From a virus: DNA of 64,000 nucleotides. The position numbers and the translations under genes are program-made. The notes below the pieces were generated by a model. The model had not been told where the DNA came from and ran no database searches. It saw only the letters and a program-made list of their open reading frames with translations. Within the stretch, counting starts at the first letter, position 1. The number at the start of each line of letters is the position of its first letter. Positions 36,099 to 45,477 of the stretch are shown here, piece after piece. The stretch is taken from positions 1-64,000 of the IMG/VR virus record IMGVR_UViG_3300010373_000001; one strand, given 5' to 3'.

Positions 36099-39000
36099 AG
36101 CTTCCTGCCTGTACCGATTGACTTCAGCACATCTTCTGACGACAGATGCCTGACAATCTGGTCAGCTATCATGCGACCCGACTTGGATGCATCAAACTCG
36201 CCACCATGATCAACGTTAACAACGATAGCACTTGCCCCAAAGTTAAGGTGGATATTCATTCCTCTTGAACTGAACTTATCGTGAACGATATCTCTTTCGC
36301 CCGGTATTCTCCACGGGTTCTGTGCGGGCAGTGCGTGCTGCCCCTTAAGAAGATGCATAGTATCCGCATTGCTTCTTACCTGAGCGTCCTTGCCAAAGTT
36401 AACTAGCTCGGGTCCACGGTCACCTACAACTCCCCAGCTACCGGCTTTAGGATCTCCACCACCTGAGTACCAGTTGTGTGCTAGATGGAATGCTTTAGCA
36501 CCAGAAGGTGTCTTGTACCTTCCAGCTACATAGTTAAGCATCCATAGTTCCTGAGTCTTAGGGTCAGCATTGCCGCCCATTGAAACAGGTCGTCCAGCTT
36601 GCGGATACTTAGAAGCAGGGAGAGCCTGGGCAATTCCGAAAGCACCAGATGATCCTGGTCCCGGATTCATTCCGGTAGAACCACCTTCCCAAACCAGATT
36701 GTTATAACCTGATTCAGCCATAACAAGCCAGTCCAGTGCATCCCATTGAGGACCACTGCCCCAGCCATATGCACCAGCAAGCTTCTTCATCAGCGTTTTG
36801 TTCTGACCTATAGTGCCGCCGCCAATGATACCGCCTGTCGGACTGTGACCAGTCCGACCGCGATTTTTTCTGTTACCGCCAGCAGATAGGGGACTAGCTG
36901 AGCCCATTAGCTGAGCCGCAGCACCACCACCTCCACCAGCACCAGCTAGCGCGGCAAGTTCACCGATATTACTTGCGGCCCCAGCTTCACTGAAGTTGAT
37001 ACCCGAAGATGCTGCACCACCTATAGATGATCCTGAGTCACCAGTGTTACCAGTAATAGTATTACCTGGGCCACCGCCTATAGGCTGAGACATACCACCG
37101 CCGAGGCCACCTTTAACTCTGGCAGCGTGTGCCCATTCACCGGGATTGTATCCACGGATTGTTACATCAGCACCAGTATGAGGAGCTTCGATGATCTGCC
37201 TGTTGTTAATCATCATGGCTTCGTGGCCAGGATTGTTGGGTGTACCGAATGAGCCAGCGGCAAACAGAATGTCACCAGCCTGAACAGAATTTCTTGCTAC
37301 CGCTCTCTTGCTAAGGAACTGCCACTGCTCTTCAGATGTTCTGGGTAGCCTGACACCAGCCTGAGCATAAGCGTACTCAATAAGACCAGAGCAATCGAAA
37401 CCTGTCTGCGGAGAATCCCCGCCCCATACATAAGGTGTACCTACAAATTGCTCAGCAATCTTAACAGCATTCAGTGCGGAAGCAGATGCCCCGCCTGTAG
37501 CTGATCCCTTATTGCCTTGCTTCTGGCTGGACTGTGGCACTGAACCACCAGCACCACCAGAACGGTTAGGCTGCATGTTACCAAATCTTGCATTGAAAGC
37601 AGCTTGACCACCGCCCCCACCACTGAAGAGGCCACCTATATCATGTAGTAATGTGCCCCAGCTATTCCATGCGGAATTAGGTCCACCTGGACCTTGCTGA
37701 AGCATTGTGGTCCCGTTCTTATTGTGCATAGAGTTAAGACCAAGAAGAAGGGCACCGACCCCAGCAGTACCTACGGCACCACCTAAAGTCAATCCTCCAA
37801 GTCCAAGCTTAGCCAGCATACCGCCTTCTGCTGCGCCTGTTCCGCCAGCTACCAATGAACTAGCAGCACCACCTGTCAGCATTCTTCTCATGATAAGACC
37901 CTGAACCATGCCACCGCCAATTGTGTTGGCTAGATGACTGGCAGCACCTCCACCCAGAGAACCAGCAAATCCCCCGGCGAATCCACCTGGGCCTGACAAT
38001 CCCATTGTGTTCATCAGGCTTGTCAAAGCTGAGTTGAATGACTCAAGAGTTCCTGTAGCGGCAGTCAATCCGGCATTAAAACCGTTAGCTATATCAGCTT
38101 GCCTTGAAGTTCCGATAGCCTGGTTGTTCTTGATCTTCTGAATGTCTGTAGTAGACACACCAAGGTCAGACAGTCTTTGCTGGGCAGCTTTCATGCTACC
38201 GACTGTTCCTTGAGAAGCCTGATTGATAAGAGACTGAGCCTGATTAGTATTCAGTCCGCGCTGGAAAAGCTGGTTGTATGCCTGAAGGAAAGGTGTCATC
38301 TGTGTTGGGTTCAGACCAAGAGCCTGAATAGATGCGTTAGCCCTTCCTCCCATTCCCAGTCCTTTATCAAGGGCCGATGATGAAACAGATCTTCTGCCAC
38401 CATACAATCCCTGAATAAGAGACTGAGCAATCATAGCTGAGGATGCGGGAGGCCCGCCACCCAATCCCCTAGGTGTTACGGGGAAACCCATAGCCATCAT
38501 TCTCTGGCTAAGGGTTGGGCTGTAAAGCTGCTGAGCTAGTGCTGATGACTGCTGCATTGACAGCATAGGATTAGAAATCCCGAATGCTGCTGTAGCGCCA
38601 AAACCTGCACGTCCAAGCGAAGTAGACATGAAGCTAGGGCTTCCGCCTAGATACTGCAATTGCTGAGCACCAGCTATAGCATCAAGCGGACTGGCAGCAA
38701 GAGCGTTAAGGTTAGTGTTGTTAACACCGAATGCCTGACGGAAACTCATAGACTGTGCGGCCTGATAGCCGTTGCCTATGTTCATTCCCAGTCTGGACAT
38801 ACTAGCGTAAGCATTCATGCCAAGCTGAGTACGCATCATAGAGCTTCCCATGCGGGAAAATGCTCCGTAAACTACTGAACCTGTACCACCTGAAGGAAGA
38901 GGATTCATACCTCCACCGCCGCCAGTGGTAGCACTTAGCATACCGAATGTCATAGGCGGTCTTACATTACCTGCACCACCAGGACCACCGCCACCTATTC

Positions 39001-39271
39001 CTGGCGGGATATTCTGCAATGCGAAAGGATTATACGGTCTTGCAAAACCCTGAGTCATACCGCCTTGCTGCTGTGCGGTAGGCAAGCTGCCGCCACCAAT
39101 CCCGCCGCTAAGATTCAGTCTTCCTATTGCATCAGTCAGTTTAGTAACAGACTGGTTAAGGGTATCTACTGATTCTTGCAGGTGATTGGCACCAGCGCCA
39201 TTAAAGAGAGTGCCACTAGCACCACCGAGGTTTCCCTCTGGTACTGGCCATCCCCCTTCATCAGTTGCCAT
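36095..39271 (-). CDS. tape measure protein with NlpC/P60 peptidase and lytic transglycosylase-like domains
   Basis: 1058 aa, G/A-rich; GTPYVWGG..FDCSG..GH; AESGYN..GAFGIAQ; GDRGPELV. Confidence 0.85.
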   Translation of the reverse strand: MATDEGGWPVPEGNLGGASGTLFNGAGANHLQESVDTLNQSVTKLTDAIGRLNLSGGIGGGSLPTAQQQGGMTQGFARPYNPFALQNIPPGIGGGGPGGAGNVRPPMTFGMLSATTGGGGGMNPLPSGGTGSVVYGAFSRMGSSMMRTQLGMNAYASMSRLGMNIGNGYQAAQSMSFRQAFGVNNTNLNALAASPLDAIAGAQQLQYLGGSPSFMSTSLGRAGFGATAAFGISNPMLSMQQSSALAQQLYSPTLSQRMMAMGFPVTPRGLGGGPPASSAMIAQSLIQGLYGGRRSVSSSALDKGLGMGGRANASIQALGLNPTQMTPFLQAYNQLFQRGLNTNQAQSLINQASQGTVGSMKAAQQRLSDLGVSTTDIQKIKNNQAIGTSRQADIANGFNAGLTAATGTLESFNSALTSLMNTMGLSGPGGFAGGFAGSLGGGAASHLANTIGGGMVQGLIMRRMLTGGAASSLVAGGTGAAEGGMLAKLGLGGLTLGGAVGTAGVGALLLGLNSMHNKNGTTMLQQGPGGPNSAWNSWGTLLHDIGGLFSGGGGGQAAFNARFGNMQPNRSGGAGGSVPQSSQKQGNKGSATGGASASALNAVKIAEQFVGTPYVWGGDSPQTGFDCSGLIEYAYAQAGVRLPRTSEEQWQFLSKRAVARNSVQAGDILFAAGSFGTPNNPGHEAMMINNRQIIEAPHTGADVTIRGYNPGEWAHAARVKGGLGGGMSQPIGGGPGNTITGNTGDSGSSIGGAASSGINFSEAGAASNIGELAALAGAGGGGGAAAQLMGSASPLSAGGNRKNRGRTGHSPTGGIIGGGTIGQNKTLMKKLAGAYGWGSGPQWDALDWLVMAESGYNNLVWEGGSTGMNPGPGSSGAFGIAQALPASKYPQAGRPVSMGGNADPKTQELWMLNYVAGRYKTPSGAKAFHLAHNWYSGGGDPKAGSWGVVGDRGPELVNFGKDAQVRSNADTMHLLKGQHALPAQNPWRIPGERDIVHDKFSSRGMNIHLNFGASAIVVNVDHGGEFDASKSGRMIADQIVRHLSSEDVLKSIGTGRKL

Positions 39272-39443
39272 TCGACTGTCTTTCTGCTTTGACTTTAGCT
39301 TTCTTGTACCAGTATTTTCTCTCTCTGACAGAGAGGTTCTTTATACTTTCCAGACCGAGGAAAGGGAACTGATCGAAAATGTTCTCTATCTCTGTGTATG
39401 TCTGGTAGTAGTTCAGACCTTTTTCCCCATCAGATGTGGAGAA
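39261..39443 (-). CDS. C-terminal extension of the tail assembly chaperone, probably reached by a +1 frameshift
   Basis: no RBS or start of its own; IKNLSVRERKYW; lies between chaperone and tape measure. Confidence 0.55.
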   Translation of the reverse strand, partial: FSTSDGEKGLNYYQTYTEIENIFDQFPFLGLESIKNLSVRERKYWYKKAKVKAERQSNGN

Positions 39444-40335
39444 ACAAATTACCCAGTCCCACGGCGACATTCACATCCTCGCCGCAGGCAGCACACTTAT
39501 GCTTAATCTGGTCGTACTTAGGGCCAGGCTGACCATCACTAAGAGCGTCAAGGATCTTGTGCCTGTCCACCATTCCCATTGTCCTGATCATTGAGGGGAA
39601 CGCTGCGATAGTATGAACTGTCCCGGATGAATCCGTGATAGCCTCTACACATTTCTCCAGCAAAACTGACTGACGTTCTGCCATCGTAAGTTCTGAATCT
39701 TCGTAGACAGTAATCTGGTCATTGCCGCTGGCTAGTCTTACGTGGGCAGTCCTTCCCTTGCGCAATTCGATATCAAACTCAATCTTGTTAGCCGGATCGT
39801 CCAGCTTGACAGACGGAATGTCATCGATCGTAAAGGTAAGCTTTGCTTTTACCCCGCAGCTAGGACAGTTCCAGGGATCAATCTCAATATCCTCACCGTA
39901 AGTAGACTTACGGATTCCAAGGATAAGCTGTTCCCTGTCACCGATAAGAAGTTCACCTAGCAGCTTCTCAGTGAGACTGACTGGATACTCACCGATTCTG
40001 AGAACGCCCAGCTTAAGAAGCCTGTCAACAAAATGAAACTGGTTAAGAGACTGTGCGGCCCTGGAAAGAGCTTCCTCGTCTGAGCCGTTTAGTTCCTTAA
40101 CTAGTACAGTCCTGGTTACCTTACCATCTTTCAGCAGACCTCCCGGCAGATTCACAAGGTCATCTGCCGGGAGGGTTATAACCGGGATCTCTGCTGTACT
40201 GGCTTCAGTTATTAGTGCGGCAATTTCTGCATTAGCCTTGTCTGGATCTTTCATAGGATCAATCCAGTCGGCTGGTGGATCGGATACGATAACCGGGTCA
40301 GACTTAACTGCTTTGGTTCTCGTTCTTGTCTCCAT
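39430..40335 (-). CDS. tail assembly chaperone (gp26-like, Zn-binding)
   Basis: VKELNGSDEE, LLIGDR, CPSCG, CAACG; follows the tube gene. Confidence 0.75.
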   Translation of the reverse strand: METRTRTKAVKSDPVIVSDPPADWIDPMKDPDKANAEIAALITEASTAEIPVITLPADDLVNLPGGLLKDGKVTRTVLVKELNGSDEEALSRAAQSLNQFHFVDRLLKLGVLRIGEYPVSLTEKLLGELLIGDREQLILGIRKSTYGEDIEIDPWNCPSCGVKAKLTFTIDDIPSVKLDDPANKIEFDIELRKGRTAHVRLASGNDQITVYEDSELTMAERQSVLLEKCVEAITDSSGTVHTIAAFPSMIRTMGMVDRHKILDALSDGQPGPKYDQIKHKCAACGEDVNVAVGLGNLFLHI

Positions 40336-40359
40336 TTATTTCTCCGTATGTTAGTTTAA

Positions 40360-40929
40360 TCAGATGCTATTTCCAGTTGGAGGAGGAGCATCAACATTAC
40401 CGATAGCCTTGGCAACCGTGTAGTCAAAACCTTCATGAGCCAGAACTAGCTGGCTGATGAATAGCTGGTTAGCACCAGCGTCAAGGTCTGACCAGGCTAC
40501 TGAAGTAGGCCATGCATTATAAATTCTGAACTGTGCTTTTACCGGCACAGAAGCGGCTGTAACGGGATGGTCTAGGATCTGCACGTCAATGGTACGACGG
40601 AAGTCCTGACCTGCCTGCTGAGTACCAGAACCCTGCATAACTGTGAATAGCTGAGCCATCCACGCAATACTCTGATCAGTACCCACAGCTACACCCTTTG
40701 ACAGAGTGATTGGCGAGAAGTCTGCCTGACCGGGCATTTTCTGAGTAGTCGTGTTGTAGCCACCCTCACGGTAGGCGATAACATCGACAGTAATGTTCAG
40801 ACCTGAGACTGACATGAAACCAATGTTGATAGCCTTGCCATTCGGCGGGCTGATAGACACAAGGAACTTGAAGTTACGCAGAGGGTCTGTGCTTAGGTGA
40901 GCAATAGATGATTGCTGCTGTACGGCCAC
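40360..40929 (-). CDS. tail tube protein (T4 gp19-like)
   Basis: DPLRNFKF, YREGG, KMPG..ITLSKG, NAWP..SDLDA, LAHEG. Confidence 0.95.
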   Translation of the reverse strand: MAVQQQSSIAHLSTDPLRNFKFLVSISPPNGKAINIGFMSVSGLNITVDVIAYREGGYNTTTQKMPGQADFSPITLSKGVAVGTDQSIAWMAQLFTVMQGSGTQQAGQDFRRTIDVQILDHPVTAASVPVKAQFRIYNAWPTSVAWSDLDAGANQLFISQLVLAHEGFDYTVAKAIGNVDAPPPTGNSI

Positions 40930-40938
40930 GTCAACCTC

Positions 40939-42492
40939 TCACGCTGTAGTAGTTGTGGTAGTAGTTCCGGTGTTCTGGAACTGGCTAATGGTGATCAGGA
41001 TGAATTCCGCAGGGCTTAGCAATGACACAGCAACTTGGCAATTAACGATACCGGCCTGCGCTGTAGCAGGAGTGTTGTTTGTGTCGTCGCAGATAACTGC
41101 GAAAGAATCAGCCGGAGTTGAACCACCGAATACACCAGCCTGTAGCTGCTGAGTCAGATAGTTCGTGATCACAAGAGTAATCTGCTTCCATAGTGCAGGG
41201 TTGTTTGGCTCGAATAGAGCAAACTGAAGCAGGAAGGTAAGGTCATGCTCAAGCTTGATAAGCTCGCGCCTTACCGCAACGTATCTGTCAGGGTAGCCCT
41301 GTTCCAGAGTACGGGCACCCATGATAGCCGGGAAATATCCTGGCACGAATCTTAGGGCATTAATGTTGTTCGCATTCAGAGTGTCAAGGTCATCGTTAGT
41401 GAACCTTGCTTCGAAGTCGATAACGTTAATAGCACCAAAAGATACACCAGCGGGTGACTGATGCGGACCCTTAGCTGCGTCTGTTCTTGACCAGATTCCC
41501 AGCACGGAACCACCAGGCGGAAGCCATACGGTAGCACCAGGCAGTGAGGAAGCCGGGTCAGATACAAGAATGAATGGTGCGTAGATCGTTGCGTAGGTAG
41601 AAGCGGTGATAGAAGATCCACCAGTTACCATGTTCAGGTATCTCTGAACAACGTCAGCACTTGTCTCAGGCGGGTTAGGTACAGGACCATCAATAACAAG
41701 CATGATGTCCCCGCGTCCCTCAGCCCATGCAATAAGATCATTCAGGATTGTTACGTCAGTAAGACCAGGAATGTTAAGGTTAAGCGCCTGACCCTGAAGA
41801 GTGTCGAAAGCAACGGGGATAAGAGTTGCGATACTTGGTGAGGTTACACCATCTGATCCACCAGCAAGAGGGGTAGCTGAGATCAGTGCCGGGTCATTAA
41901 CGCCCGGCTGGTATGAACCAGAAATAGTAGGAACAACCTTGACGAACTTGGAACCTGAAACGTTAGAGTTAACGATTGATACCACATTACGGTTGTCGGC
42001 CGGGTTAATGCTCAGGTCAATGAATCTCTCGACCAGATTAACCGGGGCTGTACCGTTGTAGTAGATGTCAACGTTGAAACGTCCCGCGTTTCCAGCGGTA
42101 GTAATAGCAACGTAAACGTTGTTAGCCCACGCTCCGGGTGAATAAGCATTAACCGTCAGCACATTATCTGGCGGGCTATTCACATCCTGAAGGTTCAGTG
42201 ATGCACTGGTGGCATCAGAGTTAGGGATTCTCAGCACGAAGCAGCCGGTTCCGCCGTTAAGGAAGAACTCATACACAGCATAGTGCAGCGGACTGCCATT
42301 AGCTGTAGCAAAGCCTCCGTAAAGCTTAACGAACTGGCTCCATGACTTTACAAAAGTAGGAACAGTTGGACCCTGATTGAATACTGCCGCAAATGCACCG
42401 ACAGCTTCTCCGGGAATAAAGCCGTTCCCAGTCAGGGGCTCAAGAATTTCCTTGATGAAAATTCCTGGGCGACCTGTAGTTGGTGTAGACAT
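40939..42492 (-). CDS. tail sheath protein
   Basis: RPGIFI, FFLNGG, PPGG..SPAG, GARTL, YVAVRR, FEPN, PAEFI. Confidence 0.95.
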   Translation of the reverse strand: MSTPTTGRPGIFIKEILEPLTGNGFIPGEAVGAFAAVFNQGPTVPTFVKSWSQFVKLYGGFATANGSPLHYAVYEFFLNGGTGCFVLRIPNSDATSASLNLQDVNSPPDNVLTVNAYSPGAWANNVYVAITTAGNAGRFNVDIYYNGTAPVNLVERFIDLSINPADNRNVVSIVNSNVSGSKFVKVVPTISGSYQPGVNDPALISATPLAGGSDGVTSPSIATLIPVAFDTLQGQALNLNIPGLTDVTILNDLIAWAEGRGDIMLVIDGPVPNPPETSADVVQRYLNMVTGGSSITASTYATIYAPFILVSDPASSLPGATVWLPPGGSVLGIWSRTDAAKGPHQSPAGVSFGAINVIDFEARFTNDDLDTLNANNINALRFVPGYFPAIMGARTLEQGYPDRYVAVRRELIKLEHDLTFLLQFALFEPNNPALWKQITLVITNYLTQQLQAGVFGGSTPADSFAVICDDTNNTPATAQAGIVNCQVAVSLLSPAEFILITISQFQNTGTTTTTTTA

Positions 42493-42495
42493 ATA

Positions 42496-43227
42496 TTATT
42501 CCTCAAAATTTAGCTGAGCGACACTCCACTCAATCGGGACACCAACACTGAGAAGAGTTTTGCTCTCGATAAGATGATTGGCGGTGATATCGGTAGTGCT
42601 TGAGTATTCACTCAGATCAACATTAATCTCCTTGACAGGAGGGTATGTATATATTGTGGGCAGAAGCTCAGAGAAAACCCTGACCTTATAGTCCACCCAG
42701 AATATTCTTTTTCCGTTGTTGTCAGTTCCGGACCTTAGATCGGGACCGCCAATTAGTTGCATCGTTCTCTTTGTCCCGTCTTGCGGGATGTCAAGGAATC
42801 CGTATTTAGGATGAAGTCGTTCGTATTGTGCTAGTGCGGAAACCAACGGAATAGTATGCTCGTGCATGAAACGCGAGTAAACTGTGACCTGATAGTCGAA
42901 GTTGTACGGTATCGGGAAGTACGAGTAGTACGGACCAGCTAACGGGTCGAATGTAGTAGTGTCAGGACCAGTGTCCTTCCACCATGGAGCAAAGCCTTCC
43001 GGCGCATAAGGGAGAGTAGTGAAGCCATCATGCATTCTCTCTGGCGCTGGATACCATCCCTGGTGAGTAATAATAACTATAGGGAAAGTAAGATCAGCTA
43101 CTTCTGATTCGGGCAGCCTGAAGCGGACAGGCACGGGCCTGCCGCTTACAGGAGAATTTGCGTCAAAAACTCTTAGCCCCTGAAGCTTGAGCTTCAGTGC
43201 GCCATCTTCATTAAGAAGCCAGGGCAT
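42496..43227 (-). CDS. tail terminator / completion protein
   Basis: GGAGG RBS before MPWLLNED; directly before the sheath. Confidence 0.65.
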   Translation of the reverse strand: MPWLLNEDGALKLKLQGLRVFDANSPVSGRPVPVRFRLPESEVADLTFPIVIITHQGWYPAPERMHDGFTTLPYAPEGFAPWWKDTGPDTTTFDPLAGPYYSYFPIPYNFDYQVTVYSRFMHEHTIPLVSALAQYERLHPKYGFLDIPQDGTKRTMQLIGGPDLRSGTDNNGKRIFWVDYKVRVFSELLPTIYTYPPVKEINVDLSEYSSTTDITANHLIESKTLLSVGVPIEWSVAQLNFEE

Positions 43228-43250
43228 TATATCCTCCCCCTGACATAGCG

Positions 43251-43308
43251 CATACAAACTGGCTGCAAGAAGGCAGCGTTAAGAACATAGGTAACTCCAG
43301 TCTGTATG
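43251..43308 (-). ncRNA. candidate three-way-junction leader RNA before the tail operon
   Basis: 12-bp closing stem CATACAGACTGG/CCAGTTTGTATG (one G-U) enclosing two short hairpins; TACAAT 4 nt upstream. Confidence 0.4.
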
Positions 43309-43342
43309 AGCAATTGTATTTCGCATGATCAGTATATCAGAA

Positions 43343-44425
43343 TCAGGCGAACGAGTTACCTGCCTCTGCATGCTGATTCCAGAATGTAGTCAGCAAATTA
43401 TTTGCAAGAGGCGCGACAGTATATGCTCCAACTGTAGTCACAGGACCATGAGTAAATCCTGTAGCGTGAAGGTCGGAACCTGCCACTGCACCATAGCAGT
43501 TGTTAGTGAACGTAGTAGAGTCCACTCCCAGATGGTGCATTGATACAGCCTGGCAGACTGCATTATTATACAGGCTGTTAGCCAGGCCAGCTAGGGTCGT
43601 TGAAATGCTTGAACTATTCAGGCGGCAAGCCGGAACAGTAGGGTGGAAGAAGTTTGATCCGATGCCGGTGAAGTGGATATGCTCCATCTTAACTACCTTG
43701 CATCCGTTAAGCTCAATAGCGCAGTTGTTGAATACGCTGTTGATAATCATGTCCTTCAGGGTAAGCTTAGTTACCTGAATGAAGAACATGGCGGTGCATC
43801 CTGCGGTCAGGCTTCCTATACCTACGGTGTCCCATCTTCCACCGGATACCATGATGTTTTGCTGACCAGGAGTGTTGTTAGTACCGAAGCGGCAATTAGT
43901 CAGAAGAAACTGTGGTGTAGATAGTCCTACGATTCTTCTCATCCATGCGCCCTCGGCAAGATGAAGCCATGTGTTAGATCCGATGACAACATAATCAGCT
44001 AGCGAATAAACTCCAGCCGGAACCCATACCTCACCACCACCAGCAGCAGCAGCGTCATCCAGTGCCCTCTGTATGGCCGCAGAAGCGTCCTGGCCGTTGT
44101 TTCTTGGTGCGCCGTAGGTTGCCACTACATCATAAACGTTAGTGAACGTACCGCCGACTGAGCCAGGCTGAGCGATAAGCTGTGGTGGGATAGTACCATC
44201 ACTGTTTAGCTGTACTAGACCATTAGGAAGATTTACCCCAGCCAGAAGAGGGCTGACAAGACTGTTAGCAAATGCCCTGTCGCCATGAGGATCAGAAGGG
44301 AAGTTGGCTGAGTGCTGATCGATAGTATGCTGAGCATTAGCGGCGTCAGCTTCTACCTGATTGATAGCAGTGTTTAGCTCGTCGCCCCAGTCAAGCTGAC
44401 CGTCTACCGGAAGTGTGATTGGCAT
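43343..44425 (-). CDS. pectate-lyase-like beta-helix protein (putative depolymerase/tailspike)
   Basis: YGAPRNNGQDASAAIQRALD..GGGEVWVPAGVY; N-terminal WGDELN; start MPITLP. Confidence 0.75.
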   Translation of the reverse strand: MPITLPVDGQLDWGDELNTAINQVEADAANAQHTIDQHSANFPSDPHGDRAFANSLVSPLLAGVNLPNGLVQLNSDGTIPPQLIAQPGSVGGTFTNVYDVVATYGAPRNNGQDASAAIQRALDDAAAAGGGEVWVPAGVYSLADYVVIGSNTWLHLAEGAWMRRIVGLSTPQFLLTNCRFGTNNTPGQQNIMVSGGRWDTVGIGSLTAGCTAMFFIQVTKLTLKDMIINSVFNNCAIELNGCKVVKMEHIHFTGIGSNFFHPTVPACRLNSSSISTTLAGLANSLYNNAVCQAVSMHHLGVDSTTFTNNCYGAVAGSDLHATGFTHGPVTTVGAYTVAPLANNLLTTFWNQHAEAGNSFA

Positions 44426-44426
44426 T

Positions 44427-44939
44427 TTAAGGTTGGCTCCATTGTGCGAATAGTTGATCATCTACCAGTTCGTCTGGCTTCATCTGTGTTGCTTCAAGTC
44501 CTACGATGATGTCTCTCTGCTGAATCTGCCCGCGAATTGCCAGGGCCAGAACACGGAAGATCTTCTGATCGTAGTAAAGTCTGTCGTTAATATAGTTACC
44601 AGTCTGAATATCAGCATAGGTCATACCCACACCTACAAACTGATCGAAAGCAATAGAAGCTGTCAGGGTGTCATTGTAGTAGAAACCCATGTCAGTGTTC
44701 TCATTCTCGCCCTCAAGGTGAGTCACATGAAGGCAGGGAACTCTAACCGCAGGCTTGTAAACACGGCCAATGCCAGTAGCTTCGTCATAGATAGGGTCTA
44801 CTATAGTAGCGTCCTGATCTAGCCTGAAGTAGTCTATCCAGTCTCCTGAGACATCTCTCCAGCCGCGCATTCCCTTGAAGATACGGTCAGTTTCCTGATC
44901 AGCAGACCAGCGGCCTTTCTTCCAGTCCAGCTTACCCAT
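44427..44939 (-). CDS. head closure / neck protein
   Basis: VDPIYDE, GFYYNDTL; position between adaptor and terminator. Confidence 0.6.
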   Translation of the reverse strand: MGKLDWKKGRWSADQETDRIFKGMRGWRDVSGDWIDYFRLDQDATIVDPIYDEATGIGRVYKPAVRVPCLHVTHLEGENENTDMGFYYNDTLTASIAFDQFVGVGMTYADIQTGNYINDRLYYDQKIFRVLALAIRGQIQQRDIIVGLEATQMKPDELVDDQLFAQWSQP

Positions 44940-45262
44940 CAGATACCGCGCTTCTTCAGGGCACTGACGAACTTCTTACCGTCAGCAGTAAGATTCTTAG
45001 AGTGCTGAACCGTAGGATCAAACTGCTGAGCCTGCTGAAACAGATGCATGGCAAGTCCCTGACCCTGGAATTGTTTTCCTACGTCAAGGCGTGTTACACC
45101 GCCAACTGGCTCACTCCTATAAGCAGGATCAGTGTTCCAGTAGATCTGTCCCACTAATCCGTGGTCAGGATGATGAGCTTCAATGCTTCCCATTCCGCCA
45201 CTGATATCTTTCTCAAGATTCAGATCACCGAATTGCAACGGCTGCAAAACTCTTCTTGCCAT
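44939..45262 (-). CDS. GNAT-family acetyltransferase with N-terminal LQPLQFG motif
   Basis: LDVGKQFQGQGLA (acetyl-CoA motif A); HS..LTADGKKF. Confidence 0.75.
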   Translation of the reverse strand: MARRVLQPLQFGDLNLEKDISGGMGSIEAHHPDHGLVGQIYWNTDPAYRSEPVGGVTRLDVGKQFQGQGLAMHLFQQAQQFDPTVQHSKNLTADGKKFVSALKKRGI

Positions 45263-45477
45263 TATGCACCCTGACCATTCTTGAAGTTCTCTGTTCTGCT
45301 GGCTTCAAATTTATTATTGCAGCCTGGGCAGATGGGACGAACCTTAGAGTCTACCTTATTGTCTGCGGCACTATATTTAGCCATCATCTTGCAATCTTTA
45401 CCGCAAAGAGTAGTTTTTCTGTCTGCGGTAAGATGTTCCTGCCTTCCGCCCGGTGATCTTGCATATAGATGTCCCAC
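45262..45477 (-). CDS. small zinc-binding protein
   Basis: H..LCGKDC..CPGC; TAGTG coupling. Confidence 0.55.
   Translation of the reverse strand: MGHLYARSPGGRQEHLTADRKTTLCGKDCKMMAKYSAADNKVDSKVRPICPGCNNKFEASRTENFKNGQGA

Noticed and set aside
31036-42492. Extracellular contractile injection system or tailocin
   Set aside because: Terminase, portal, scaffold, capsid and replication genes are present, so this is a phage tail
8041-45262. LQF motifs as Prp (L27-type LNLQFF/A) cleavage sites
   Set aside because: The match is only partial, and Prp is typical of Firmicutes while WhiB points to an actinobacterial host; kept only as an analogy
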